The notes beneath the pieces were generated by a model, which was not told the DNA's origin, searched no databases, and saw only the letters and a list, made by a program, of their open reading frames with translations. This document shows, one piece after another, positions 51,591-64,000 of a DNA stretch of 64,000 bases (position 1 is its first letter; every line of letters starts with the position of its first letter). The position numbers and the translations under genes are program-made. This DNA comes from Octopus vulgaris (taxonomy: Eukaryota): positions 7,564,001 to 7,628,000 of the forward strand of contig OX597831.1 in assembly GCA_951406725.2 (NCBI GenBank), in the 5' to 3' direction.

Positions 51591-52319
51591 CTGCAAACAA
51601 ACAGATTACAACAAACAATACAGTCTTTCACTTCCGATACAATAAAATTAGAAGTGCTTTTCTTCTTGTTTATCAATCATTACAGATAATGGTATGGAAC
51701 TACTGAAATCTGTATGCGTTACATAATTAATTTTACAAATTTCCAAATCCTTTGATAGGATAGAACACCTGGAGACAGTAGTAATTACTAATAAATAAAC
51801 CCAGGTGAAGACTTAGAAATAACACCAACATGTTAGAGAAGTCATATACGTACAGAGATGAGAGGAATTTAGGTGGAATTCCTAGCTTTGAAATCATTTT
51901 ATCATTATCATATTTTAGTATTCGGAAAATAAAAGATATTTTATCAACGTTTTAACCGAGTTCTTGGATAAGTTCAATAACTTTTCTTCAGAGAATAATC
52001 TAATAGAATTCCAAGATTAATTGAAGCTGAAAATAAACAGTATTTGAGGTTTATATAAACATGGTGGCTAAATATTGAAGCCAGGCATTCTCGTTAGAAG
52101 AGTAGATCTTTTTTTTTGATAGTAGGAGCAGATAATTAAGATCTTTTACTTAATTAACTTAAATGTTCAATGGCATGAGGGTGTTAAATTTTGTTCTCTC
52201 TCTAACTGATAGCAGCTAATTTATTAACTGAAGTGCTTATACACATGTTGCATCATTGCTGCTTTATCATTGATGTCTCCATTACTGTACTGCATGGACG
52301 GACACACGGACACACACTC

Positions 52320-52590
52320 TTTTCTACTCTAGGCACAAAGCCTGAAAGTTTTTTGGGGGGGATGGGGGTAGTCAATCAGATCGACTCCAGTACGCAACTG
52401 GTAGTTAATTTATTGACCCCCAAAAGGATGAAAGGCAAAGTCAACCTTGGTGGAATTTGAACTCAGAACATAAAGACAGACAAAATACCGTTAAGCATTT
52501 TGCCCAATGTGCTAACGTTTCTGCCAGCTCACCCCCCCCCCCCCCCACACATATATATATATATGTAGATATTTGGTCAGTTATGTTGCA

Positions 52591-52622
<32 letters not shown>

Positions 52623-52623
52623 G

Positions 52624-52663
<40 letters not shown>

Positions 52664-52899
52664 AACCACTACTAGTATTATTATTATTAAGGAGGTGAGC
52701 TGGCAGAACCATTAGCACACTGGGCAAAATTCTTAGTGGCATTTCATCCACCTTTATTTATGTTCTGTGTTGAAATTCTGCCAAGGTCAACTTTGCCTTT
52801 CATCCTTTCAAGGTTTATAAAAGAAGGACCAGTTGAGTACTGGGGTAATCAATTTACCCCCTCCTTCAAAATTGCTGGCCTTGTGCCAAAATTTGAAAC

Positions 52900-52965
<66 letters not shown>
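52320..52965. mobile_element. Divergent pair of family A-variant SINEs around triplet microsatellites
   Basis: Minus copy 52320-52535 and plus copy 52689-52900, followed by (ATT)n. Confidence 0.8.
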
Positions 52966-53631
52966 GGGTGTGGATTAACAGAATCATTAAAGCATTACCT
53001 GTGTCAGAAAAAATGTCCTTTCAATACAAGTGTACACACACACACAATATATTTGTCTATTGTATATTAATGTAATGGTCTGTTTGTAAACCTAAATGTG
53101 CTTTGATATACGTAGCTTTTGTATATTGAGTTGAAGGATGTAAACATTGACAAGAAGACTGAAAAACTAGAGTTTTTGTGAACAAAGTCCCTTGAGACAT
53201 TTGTTCTGCACCAAGTTACACAGACACTTCCCTATCACTTTCACCGTTGTAACCGACAAAGCTTTCATTGATAAAATATGATACAAAATTTTCAAATCAA
53301 AACATTTTGAGCTTAGTTGCAGCCGTTTTAATAGTCAAATCCGGCCGATGGAATTGGCTCATTTGTGGAACTGTCACAAATTCCATCCTTCTACAGATTA
53401 ATAAAAAAAAAAAAGAAAGAAAAAAGATCACACCCATCTGGCTGTTATACTACACCTAACATAATCAGAAATGGGGTGGGTGGCAGTGCAATGTTGTCTT
53501 GGATTAGATTTAAGCCTAACGTTCATTTGTTTTTATGTTTGTCTGAGTGGTTGCCAACCATCTTTTGCCCTTTGATTTCCCCTAATAAACATTTGATATT
53601 CAAAAAAATTCTTTTATATCTTTATAATTAA

Positions 53632-53863
53632 ATAATGTAAAGTATAGAAGCCATCTTATCATGGCTAACCACATTGGGGAGGGGGTGTTACTGTAGCTTT
53701 ATAGCCCCAAGAGATCTAGCTGGCTTTAGACACACTCCAAGGACACTGATATTGTGTCTAAAGCCAGCTAGAGACAAAGATCTCTTGGGGCTATAAAGCT
53801 ACAGTAACACCCCCTCCCTAATGTGGTTAGCCATGATAAGATGGCTTCTATACTTTACATTAT
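53632..53863. repeat. Near-perfect palindrome (~103-bp arms, 18-nt loop)
   Basis: 53632-53734 is the reverse complement of 53753-53863 apart from a short indel and a substitution. Confidence 0.95.
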
Positions 53864-54063
53864 CGAGCGATTACTGTTTCAATCTCATTCTGAGATTTAA
53901 TTATGCCTAATTAAATATTATTGTATAGAAAAAATATATATATATACCAAAAATTAATTTATGAAAGTGTCATTAATTCTATTATTATCCAATGTAACTA
54001 TTTTAAAAATGATAATAACAGAATCAATGACACAGGCGATAGCAGGCCCCAAAATAGCATTAA

Positions 54064-54484
54064 ATAGCCAAGGGATTAAAATTAATCAAAGGACATACTA
54101 GGTATGTCTACTTGCTTGAAATAACAGTCAAAACTCTTATTAAATCGCCAAAAATACACTGATGAAAACTACAGAAATCAAACGAAGGCAAAATCAGGTT
54201 AAGACAATCTACTAACATACATTTAAGTATTTGGACTCATGTGGACCGGTTTCTGCATTGGTAAAATAAACCTTAGCTTCTTCAGCATGCGTTACCATAA
54301 TTAGGAGTCTCTAATCATGTATGTACAAAATGCATGTTAGTAGATTGCCTTAACCTGATTTTGCCTTCGTTTGATTTCTGTAGTTTTCATCAGTGTATTT
54401 TTGGTGATTTAATAAGAGTTTTGACTGTTATTTCAAGCAGGTAGACATACTTAGTATGTCCTTTGATTAATTTTAATCCCCCGG

Positions 54485-54488
<4 letters not shown>
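54064..54488. repeat. Foldback element, 161-bp arms, hammerhead-like motif in loop
   Basis: 54064-54224 pairs with 54328-54488. The loop on the minus strand reads CTGAAGA A GC…GC A GAAAC CG GTC. Confidence 0.9.
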
Positions 54489-54547
<59 letters not shown>

Positions 54548-54824
54548 TATTGTGTGTTTCTAAAAACATAAGCAATTTATTGCAGAAAAATTTTAACAGC
54601 AAATCATTATGTCCTTTGCCCACTAAATTGCTGGTTTTGAACCCTGCAATGAACTGGGATCCCCTTCAGGGGAAATGCTGTGACCTTGGTCATTTGGTTG
54701 CCATGGAAACAGGGTAACCAGCCTGAGGAGTCCTAGGACTCAAGAAAAACAAACAGAAGAGACTGTAACGATGTGCTGAAAATTAGTAACACAACAATAA
54801 ACATTTATGCTTTGATATTTATAG

Positions 54825-55490
54825 AATCAGAGTTCAAATTCCACCGAGGTCGATTTTGCCTTTCCTTTCAGGGTCGAAAAATGAAGTACCAGTTGCATAC
54901 AGGGTTCGATCTAATCGACTGGCCTCCTCCTCTCCCAAAATTTTGGGCCTTGTGCCTAGAGTAGAAAAGGGTATTTAAAGAATCAATAAAATGGCAGGCA
55001 AGCAGAATTATCAGCAACCCAGGCAAAGTGTTTGGCAGCGTTTCGTCTGTCTTTATGTTCTGAGTTTGAATTCTGCCGAGGTGAACTTTGCCTTTCATCC
55101 TTTAAGGGTCGATAAAAATAAGTACCAGCTGATCAATGGGGTTGATGTAACTGACTCGGCCCCTCCCCCCAAAATTGCTGGCTTTGTGCCAAAATTTGAA
55201 ACCGATTATTTGTAGAACCAATGAAAGAAAAAATTGATATAGAAATAATTTAGAAGGCGGCGAGCTGGCAGAAACGTTAGCATGCCACTGTGAAATGTAC
55301 AGCGGCATTTCGTCTGTCTTTACATTCCCAGTTCAAATTCTGCCAAGGTCGACTTTGCCTTTCATCCTTTTGGGGTTGATAAATTAAGTACCAGTAATGC
55401 ACTGGGGTCGATGTAATCGACTTGATCCCTTTGTCTATCCTTGTTTGTCCCCTCTGTGTTTAGCCCCTTGCAGGCAATAAAGAAATAAGA
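54825..55490 (+). mobile_element. Cluster of three family A / A-variant SINEs
   Basis: The gagttcaaattc…gcctttcatcc core recurs at ~54830, 55060 and 55330. Confidence 0.85.
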
Positions 55491-55608
55491 AATAAGAAAT
55501 AATTTAATAAAAAAAAGTTTTACGACAAAATTTAAAGATAAATAAAATAATTGGTAAATATAAAACAATGAGTAAATACGGTGAATAATTAGTGAATATA
55601 TTTGTTAC

Positions 55609-55766
55609 CTTGATCTTTGCGTATGAACTTGGTAACATTTCTAATATAAAATCATGTTCAGAATCAAGAAAAAGTCGAGCTACTCGGTAGTAAAGATATG
55701 GCTCAGAGCCACCACATTCCTGAGACCAATGGATGGTGTGTGCTAATATGCGGTGAAATAATGCTT
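55609..55766 (-). CDS. Exon 3, COR-B: EALFHRILAHTIHWSQECGGSEPYLYYRVARLFLDSEHDFILEMLPSSYAKIK
   Basis: Acceptor tttttcag, donor AAG/gtaaca, 158 nt, phase 1-0. Completes the FLPEALFHRIL motif across the junction. Confidence 0.9.
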
Positions 55767-57272
55767 CTGAAAAATAGAATAAATCTCATCTCAATAGTTT
55801 TGTAATGGATGTAAACAGTTGAGAATAGTTGTTTATGAAATATCTTAATTCAGTAAGAATGATGGACAAAGTCTGGTGATAGTAAATACGGCCAGGGTAA
55901 ATGGAAATATTATGATGTTAATTTGAAAATAGAGTTAAACCAAAACATTTTAATCCCTGTCTCTTAAGAGCTTAACAATCTCTTGTCTCTATGAGCTTTC
56001 TTTCAACAAAAATCATATAACCATTTCCAAGCAAGCAAACTGGAGTTCACCAGTCAAAACGGAGATGTAGATATTCAAGTGGTCATCAGTCCTGCCAGAA
56101 ATAGCAGCTGAATTGACTTTAAATCCAAACTGAAGCACCTTAAAAAGAAAAAGGACACACTCGATACTGTACTCCAAGATATACAATGTCACAAAAAAAT
56201 AAACAAGGTAATTGTGACAGGAATGCCTGTGATTGTAGACTAGCTTGATGAAGGTTGATCATAGGCTAAACCAGAATAACATCTTTCCTTATAAACGAAA
56301 TCCAATTTAAAGATTCCTCAACATTGAAAGCATCAGAATTATCTTCATCGTAATACGCTTTCTTGGCTTGGTGTCATGCATAAAGTCAAAAGCTAATTTA
56401 ATGTTATTTAGCTTCTGCCTTTATCCAAAACTGCAATCTCCTCCTCAACTATGAAAGAGGTTCTTTCTCTATATAGACTGGTGCTCATATCTTAAACCAC
56501 CAAGACTTTCAAATACATTCATATGGATAATTGTTAAGGTAACACTTCCGAATGACTCCATCCTTCAGCTCATCAACTGTACCTGTCTTTTGTTTTCATC
56601 TTGGTTATCGACAATAACTTCTGATCACCAGAACAGTTTGATACCATCTTAAGCATATATTAACCTTTATATATCACACAACGATTTCCTTCTTTTTATT
56701 ACACCTTTTTCATGAATTTCATTGTTCCCCTATCGTGCCATCGTAATATGCCTACTGGTTGTATACTTCACATTCAAAACAGCTCTAACACACACACACA
56801 CACACACGTATGTATGTATATGTGTGTGTGCACATATAATATATATCGTGTCTATAACAGGATCCAGGAAAATGTGAGGTTAAAATGGATGCGATCTATA
56901 AAGCGAAGCAAGTACAGTGTGAAGAAAAAGTATTAAGCATGGTTTGCTCGTTTCGTTTTTGCTTTACACTGAATTGAATCATGTCACCACAGATGATTAC
57001 CAGGATTCTGTCATTTTGCATCAAACCGTTTCTACCTGGAATCCATGCACTGAATACCCTCCAACAATATTTCGTTTTTCCTCCACCCACCCCAAAATAA
57101 CATTTTTCCTAATTCTTTTTTCATTGTATTTTCTAATGATGTTCAACTGAAAATGAATTTAAATGAAATTACATAAATTTTCAAGTACACACAAACACAC
57201 ACACACACACAATAAAATTGTATACTGGCAATTACAATGTTTCCATCACATAAAAATTAGACAAGAGTGGAA

Positions 57273-57497
57273 TGTGGTGGTGGTGGTGGTGGAGGTGTTG
57301 CTGATAAAGGTGGTGGTGATTGATAAAGGTAGTAGTGATGGTGGTGGTGGTGGTGGTGGCTGTGGTGATGTTAGTGGTGGTGACAGTGATGATAATGGTG
57401 GTGGTGGAGGTGGTGGTGGTGGTGGTGGTGGCTGTGATGATGTTGACGGCAGTGGTGATAATGGTGATGTTGGTGATGGTGATGTTGATGGTGGTGG
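57273..57497. repeat. (GGT/GAT)n degenerate triplet repeat next to the exon 2 donor
   Basis: Directly visible. Confidence 0.9.
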
Positions 57498-57522
57498 GAA
57501 TGAAGATATTTGTGTTAATTAC

Positions 57523-57652
57523 CTGGAAGGAATCCATGAAAATTTAAATAAAAGGTGACAACATCTGAATTTCCCGGATGAAGTTTCTTGTTATCTCTCG
57601 GTAGATGAAACATCGAAGGTACATAATAACTAGCTCCTTTGCTGTTATCCAC
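57523..57652 (-). CDS. Exon 2, COR: VDNSKGASYYVPSMFHLPRDNKKLHPGNSDVVTFYLNFHGFLP
   Basis: Acceptor ccaattag, donor CAG/gtaatt, 130 nt, phase 0-1. Carries YYVPSM and F.GFLP COR motifs. This frame is not in the ORF track. Confidence 0.9.
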
Positions 57653-58006
57653 CTAATTGGCAGGAAAGAAATACAGGAAAAAAAAAAAAGGTAATAAAAA
57701 AAAAGAAGACAAACAAACAAAAAAATGAAACCAGATATCCTCGATTCAACATTTATTTGCATTACCTTTTAACAGGCTTAATTTGTTGCTATGGGAGATA
57801 AGATCTGAAGAAGAGAATGTTTTTGAAATATTTTAATTAAAAATATCGTGGATAGACAGAGTAAATGCCATCTTAAAATACTGAAGCAATTTCTGGCAGA
57901 TGACTGCCAGATATCAGTCGAGTCTAAATAACCAAATTATCAGGAAATCTGAAGATCGATTTTAGATTTTTTTACAAATATATTTATATGGGCATACGTG
58001 TTTGTT

Positions 58007-58392
<386 letters not shown>

Positions 58393-58748
58393 GTAAGGTA
58401 ACGTAAAGGGTAAAGACCCCTTTCGGTCATCAACAACTAAGGGATTGCACTGAGAAAGTTCCCCTCTGAGGCACGAGTCCAGACAAGGTTGTTTTATGGA
58501 AGGCCAGCAGTCACCCATGCATACCAGCCTCCCCTCTACACACTACTGATGTTGCCCAAGGGAAAGGCAAAGGGGCCGATTCAGCTTGGCTTCAGTGATG
58601 CCACAACTCATTTCTACATCTGAGTGAAATAGAGCAATGTGAAATGGAGTGTCTTGCTCAAGAACACAACACACAGCCTGGTCCAGGAATCAAACTCACA
58701 ACCACACAATAGTAAGCCCAATGCTCTACCTACTGAACCATGTGCTTT
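58393..58748 (-). mobile_element. tRNA-headed SINE family D
   Basis: Minus-strand head ggttcagtaggtagagca…gagtttgattcc, core tgtgttcttgagcaagacac, tail gtctttaccctttac. Confidence 0.7.
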
Positions 58749-58906
58749 CACTGCGTATGCATATGTATGTTTGTGTGTGTGTGTGTGTATAAAAGTATAT
58801 ATAACTACACACACACAAACACATCTATACATATATATATATATACATAAATACATACATATGTATATGTAAATATTTATATTTATATGCACACACACAT
58901 ATATAT

Positions 58907-58941
<35 letters not shown>

Positions 58942-59190
58942 TGTTTAATGTCCGTTTTCCATGCTGTCATGGGTTAGATAGTTTGAGTGAGGTCTGGAGA
59001 GCCAGTCGTTGCACCAGGCTCCAATCTGATCTGGCAATGTTTCTACAGCTGGATGCCCTTCCTAATGCCAACCACTCCAGAAGTGTAGTGGGTGCTTTTT
59101 ACGTGCCACTGGAACAGGAGCCAGTCAAGCGGGCCTGGCATCGATCATGTTCGGATAGTGCTTTTTACATGCCACCGGCACGGGAGCCAG
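58907..59190 (-). mobile_element. RTE 3'-end copy
   Basis: (CAT)n tail plus the reverse complement of the UTR. Confidence 0.85.
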
Positions 59191-60118
59191 ACTTGTAAAG
59201 TAATGTGGAATGTGCATCAGATAGGTGTAGCCATCAGCTGAGTCCGTTATCAAGACCACCTGACTATTCTTGTGGCTGGGAAGAGCAGGCAGTTTTCTTG
59301 ACTTGGTGGTTATGAGGAAAGTGAACATCATTACAAAGAATAAAGAGAGAAAGTTTCCTTCTTGGCCCTCATTGACTTTGGCAAGTTTCACTTGAAGAGA
59401 AAGATGAAGGGGAAGCCGGAGATGCTGTTCTCCAGTGAATTTGATAAATGGTGGATGAGAACAGAGGGAATGGCTTCAGTGATTGGGCCTAGCCTCAACA
59501 TGCACCTGTAAGCTGGAGAACAAGGGATGGTAATCACAGTAATTCAGGACCTGTGAGGGATCCTTGATTGGTTCTAGGTGATTCCTGTCCATTTGGGGGA
59601 CACTTTCATCATTGCTATTCAATTGTTGTTTACTTTTTATTTAATCACAATTCCTCCTGTATCATATTCCATCTCAACATCTTAGGCTATTGTGATCAAT
59701 AAAGAAAAGATTATTATTATTATTATTATTATTGTGTATTGAACCACCCACCCCCACTCCTACTAGATGTGAGTAGCCCTGCAGATCCCTCTGCAAAAAC
59801 CTTTTCTACCCACCTCCCCTCATATTAATCCCCCATCCCCTAGCATGGAGCTGACCAACCCACCTCCCCAGGAGCTCATAACCCTATGAACTGCATGGAA
59901 ACCTCAATAGTGCAGGTGGCACAAAAAAAAAAGAAAAAGCACCCAGTTAATGCTGAAAAGAGGTTGACATAAGGAAGGATATCCAGACATTGAAACCATA
60001 TCAAAGCAGACATTGGAACTTGGTGTAGTCCTTGGACACATCGGATCCAATCAAACCCTACCAGAATAGAACATGGACATTAAATGATGATGACGATGAT
60101 GAAATAAAAGTGTCCTAC

Positions 60119-60277
60119 CTTTGAAGGAATGCGTTTACAGATGAGATCAAACTTTTGCAACAACCCCAACAGGGCTGCCTTATGTTCAAGTTCATCATTC
60201 CATAAATAATTTATCAGTTGCTCATCCAGAAGCCCATATTTCTCCAGTTGCTGTCTCTTCTCAACATAAACACTGTC
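60119..60277 (-). CDS. Exon 1 in window, COR domain: DSVYVEKRQQLEKYGLLDEQLINYLWNDELEHKAALLGLLQKFDLICKRIPSK
   Basis: Acceptor ttcttacag, donor AAG/gtagga, 159 nt, phase 0-0. The G.L...L...LW......LL.L.KFDL pattern is typical of Roco COR domains. Confidence 0.9.
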
Positions 60278-60342
60278 CTGTAAGAAAACTGACTTTTGTA
60301 AGAATACAAAATGACTGAATAAGAAAAGGAATTCAAGTATAC

Positions 60343-60567
60343 CTATTTCTTTACTACCCACAAGGGGCTAAACATAGAGTGGACAAACAAGGACAGACGG
60401 ATTAAGTTGATTACATCGACCCCAGTGCGTAACTGGTACTTAATTTATCAACCCCGAAAGGATGAAAGGCAAAGTCAACCTCGGCGGAATTTGAACTCAG
60501 AACATAACGGCAGACGAAATATGGCTACGCATTTCGCCCGGCGTGCTAACGTTTCTGCCAGCTCGCC

Positions 60568-60568
<1 letters not shown>
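60343..60568 (-). mobile_element. SINE family A copy 66 bp upstream of the exon 1 acceptor
   Basis: Homologous to 3817-4049. Confidence 0.9.
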
Positions 60569-60649
<81 letters not shown>

Positions 60650-60859
60650 AACATTCATATATGCATGCATATCTACCTCCGTATGTATGTATGCTGCTAC
60701 GTGTGAACACATATGCATATGTGTGTGTGTGTGTGTGTGTTATTCTAGCACTTTGATTATGTAGCTGAATGTTATTTATTTCTGCTAATTTTCTTCCTCT
60801 CTCTCTTTTTGTCTTCGTCTTCTCTTTCTGTTGTTGTAAAATTCACTTCGGCTGGCTCT

Positions 60860-61250
60860 GGCCCACGTCTGAAATCTCGTGTCTATGTTTATACATTTAC
60901 TAATTTCATCAGCTGCTCATTACAAGTGACTCCACTTGCTTCTCTTCCCTTGTGGTGCTTTAAACCTTCCATACACAAGAGACTGTTGATTGTTTCGCCA
61001 TTGCAAATATAATTACATGGAGCTTCATTCAACAAGTCTTTTAACAATGTCAGTGCCAGACAAATGAATAAAGGTGAATAACGAAGCTTCTTTCAATACA
61101 CCTCTGTTATAGACCTCCTCAGTCAAACCCCACTCCCACAGGAATTGAATAATTGTAGCAGTAGATGTCTCTTTTCCATTTGTTTATAAATTTTCTCAGC
61201 TTTTTGGTTTTCCTTTGTCTGGCTGACGTAACTCCTTAATTTTGGGGGGT
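60860..61250 (-). mobile_element. Decayed R4/Dong-like RT fragment
   Basis: PLFICLALTLLKDLLNEA…INSLLCMEGLK resembles SPLLFCLAL.PLS.LLN…INHLLYMDDLK. Confidence 0.6.
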
Positions 61251-62896
61251 CACCTTACTTCCTTACTTTCTGGGATTGCTAATAAAGTATTTCTTCTATA
61301 GTGACAGGCATGGCTGTGTGGTTAAGAAGCTTGCTTCCCAACTATGTTGTCTCGAGTTCACTCCCTCTGTGCAGCACCTTGGATGAATGTCTTTTCCTAT
61401 AACCCTGAGTTGACCAATGTCATGTGAGTAAATTTAGCAGACAGAGACTGTGTGGAAGCCTATTGTGTGTGTGTATATATATATATATGTGCATGTGTAT
61501 TTGTGCATGTATCTTTGCATTTATGTTTGTCCCTTCCCCGTTGCTTGACCACCAGTGTATGCCCCTATGACTTAGTGGTTCAGCAGAAAAATCTGATAGC
61601 ATAAATACTGGGATTGATTTGTTCAAACCCTTCAAGGCAGTACTCCAGCATGACCACAGGCCAATAACTGAAACAAATAAAAGGTCAATGTCCAGAGACA
61701 CACCTTAGTCAAAATTAACCATGTATCTAAGTCTGTATATTCAGACCTGGACAAGATTTCTTTTATTCCTTTTTGTGGACGACCGACGGTCAGTCAGTCA
61801 TGGATGAAAGACTCCTCTCTGTGTCACCAGTGCTATCCAAGAGAAAGGCTGCACCACTTTCGGGCCAGTGTGGCATGGTACCAGCGTTGCCACAGACATT
61901 ACTGCCAGAAGGAAAAAGATTGGAACTGAAACCAGAAAGCATCTGCTGCAACAGTTTCACCAATCACTCTTTGCTTTATTGACCCCTTGAAAGGATGAAA
62001 AGTAAAATTGACATCAGCAGGAATTGAACCCAGAATGCAGAGTATTACAACAAATACCACGAGGTATTCTATTTAATGTCTTATCAACTTTGTCAAACCT
62101 TGCCATCCATATATATGTTTTTCGTTCTTCTATTATCTTCTGACACTGTTAAGGAGGAGTTGGTCCTCACATCTCTGGACTCCTATGCAAGATCATTTCG
62201 GCCAATATTGTATCATTCTAAGTATAGATTATTATTATTATTTTAGATGAGTTGCCAGAACAATGGAGTACCAGGGTTAGTCTTGGGAAGGTTGGTATCA
62301 AAAGGGTTAAGATAACAGGGTGTGATTTGAGGGAAATTTGGCTGATATTTCTAGCATGCCATGTGACTGCATAGCAGCTTGGCATATTTCAAGCTTATTC
62401 TCATCATTTTCAATATTATCAACACAACAGAATTTGTAGCATCTGTCAATTCTATTTCCTAAAAACCTTTCTGATAACAAACGTTCATTCTCTCATATAT
62501 CTTTTAATTAATTCTTAAGATGCTAAGCTGACAGGATTGTGAACACATCAGACAAAATGCTTTGCAACATTTCTTCTGGCACTTTACATTCAGAGTTCAA
62601 ATTCTGCTGCGGTCATCTTTGCTTTTCATCCTTTTGGGGGTGGATAAAATAAATACCAGTTGAACACTGGGGGGTGTCAATGTAATCAACTGAACTCTTC
62701 CCACAAAAACTGCCGGCATGGTGCCAACATTTGAAGCCATTATTTAATCAGGGGAAGGGCAGCACCTAAGAGCATATGTAGTCCCCCCTAACTGGTGAGA
62801 CAAATGTTGCCAATGTCCAATTAAAGCGGCTGCTTTCCTACCACAATTCCAAGAAAGCATTGCAAGTAAAAGGTATCCACAATCATATTAAAATAA

Positions 62897-63128
62897 TATT
62901 TCTTTATTGCCCACAGGGGCTAAACACAGAGGGGACAAACAAGGACAGACAAGGGGATTAAGTCGATTGTATCGAGCCCAGTGCATAACTGGTATTTATT
63001 TAATCGATCCCGAAAGGATGTAAAGCAAAATTGACCTCGGCAGGAATTGAACGCAGAATGTAAAGGCAGACAAAATAGCGCTAAGCATTTCGCCAGTGTG
63101 CTAATGATTCTGCCAGCTCGTTGCCCTT
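62897..63128 (-). mobile_element. SINE family A copy
   Basis: Homologous to 3817-4049. Confidence 0.85.
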
Positions 63129-63299
63129 AATTAAAATAATATTCAAAATGGTATAAAAATATAAGTTTAAATGTTCTATTTAATTGATACATTAAAGAAT
63201 TTGATATTGCTGTGGTTAACTTTACTCTTCAATCTTTTGGGATTAATAAAATAAAATACTGGTTGAGTACTGGAGTTTGACCACAAATTGTGGCCTTAT

Positions 63300-63578
63300 A
63301 CCAATTGAGGTCCACAATAAAGTACCTTGTGAAAGGTAGGAGAGTCCAGTTTACTGGACATTGTTGTAGAGCTGAAAAAGAGGTAATTTCTACTCTCCTC
63401 CTCTGGAAGCCATCTACTCGCAATGCCAGAGGGCGCACACTCTCCTACCCTGATGTAATCTCCAGGGATACAGGCATCCAGCAACAGGACCTCCGTAATG
63501 CCATGATGGACCGTGAAGTCTGGCGTAGCATAGTAAATTCGATTGTCTCGACCACAGTCGAACAATGATGATGATGAA
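63300..63578 (+). mobile_element. 3' end of an RTE-like LINE with (TGA)n tail
   Basis: ORF 63290..63568; sister copy of 9664-9937. Confidence 0.85.
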
Positions 63579-64000
63579 AGTATTTTACTTTCTGTTGTTG
63601 AGTCAAAGGAGGGCTGTTGCCAGAGTTTGGTGGAAGAAGGAGCATCTCCTAATTCCAAAAGGTGAAAGGACGAGCGGAATTATTGTGGTTTAAAACACAA
63701 GACTTGAAGAATTAACATTGAAATGCTTAACTAATGGTTAACAGATTGCACCATGAACTGATGGAGTGTGAGTCTAAGTCAGCAGAAGACACTGCTTCAG
63801 CTGGGCTGGCCATTGGGTATGAGAGAGACTGAACGTGTTTTTTTAGTTTTGTTTTATTTTATCTTTGTGTTTGATTTGTTTCTGTGATGAAAATGTAACT
63901 GGAAACACAGAAACACAGCAGGAAGCAGAAAGAAAAGAAACAAACAGAAATGTCTAGTGTGTGTGTGTGTTCATGTGTGTGTGTGTATGCATGTCTCTGT

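Noticed and set aside
51800-51995. Further hammerhead-like fragments (also ~20850-20910 and 38155-38192)
   Set aside because: Core bases or stems are too degenerate to call.
56280-56780. Possible decayed non-LTR coding remnant (also an L1/Tx1-like 3' end at ~59200-59730)
   Set aside because: Motifs are too eroded to assign by eye.
57163-57558. Gly/Asp-rich 131-aa ORF resembling a structural protein
   Set aside because: It is a (GGT/GAT)n repeat, antisense and intronic to a well-supported exon.

Overview
AT-rich, repeat-dense animal DNA. The SINE/LINE complement and microsatellite load suggest a coleoid cephalopod (Octopus-like); that assignment is inference. The main feature, only partly visible in the ORF track, is the 3' part of a minus-strand gene. 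I assembled it by hand from 11 GT-AG exons (60277 down to 23284; 1845 nt, 614 aa plus stop, all intron phases compatible). It encodes a Roco-type COR domain, a Cys/His-rich linker, a Death domain, a TIR_2-type TIR domain that keeps the NADase-type catalytic Glu, and a tail ending in a CaaX box (…RWRCGLCNVL*). The 5' exons (expected Roc GTPase) lie beyond the window. A CpG-enriched segment near 8 kb may start a second, apparently non-coding, minus-strand spliced transcript. The remainder is decayed retroelements (CR1/Jockey-like, RTE, R4/Dong-like, CRE-like, Penelope-like, Ty3/gypsy), a Tc1 remnant, MITEs, several tRNA-headed SINE families, micro/minisatellites, long foldback inverted repeats and several minimal type I hammerhead-ribozyme motifs. 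Repeat boundaries are approximate and were read by eye.
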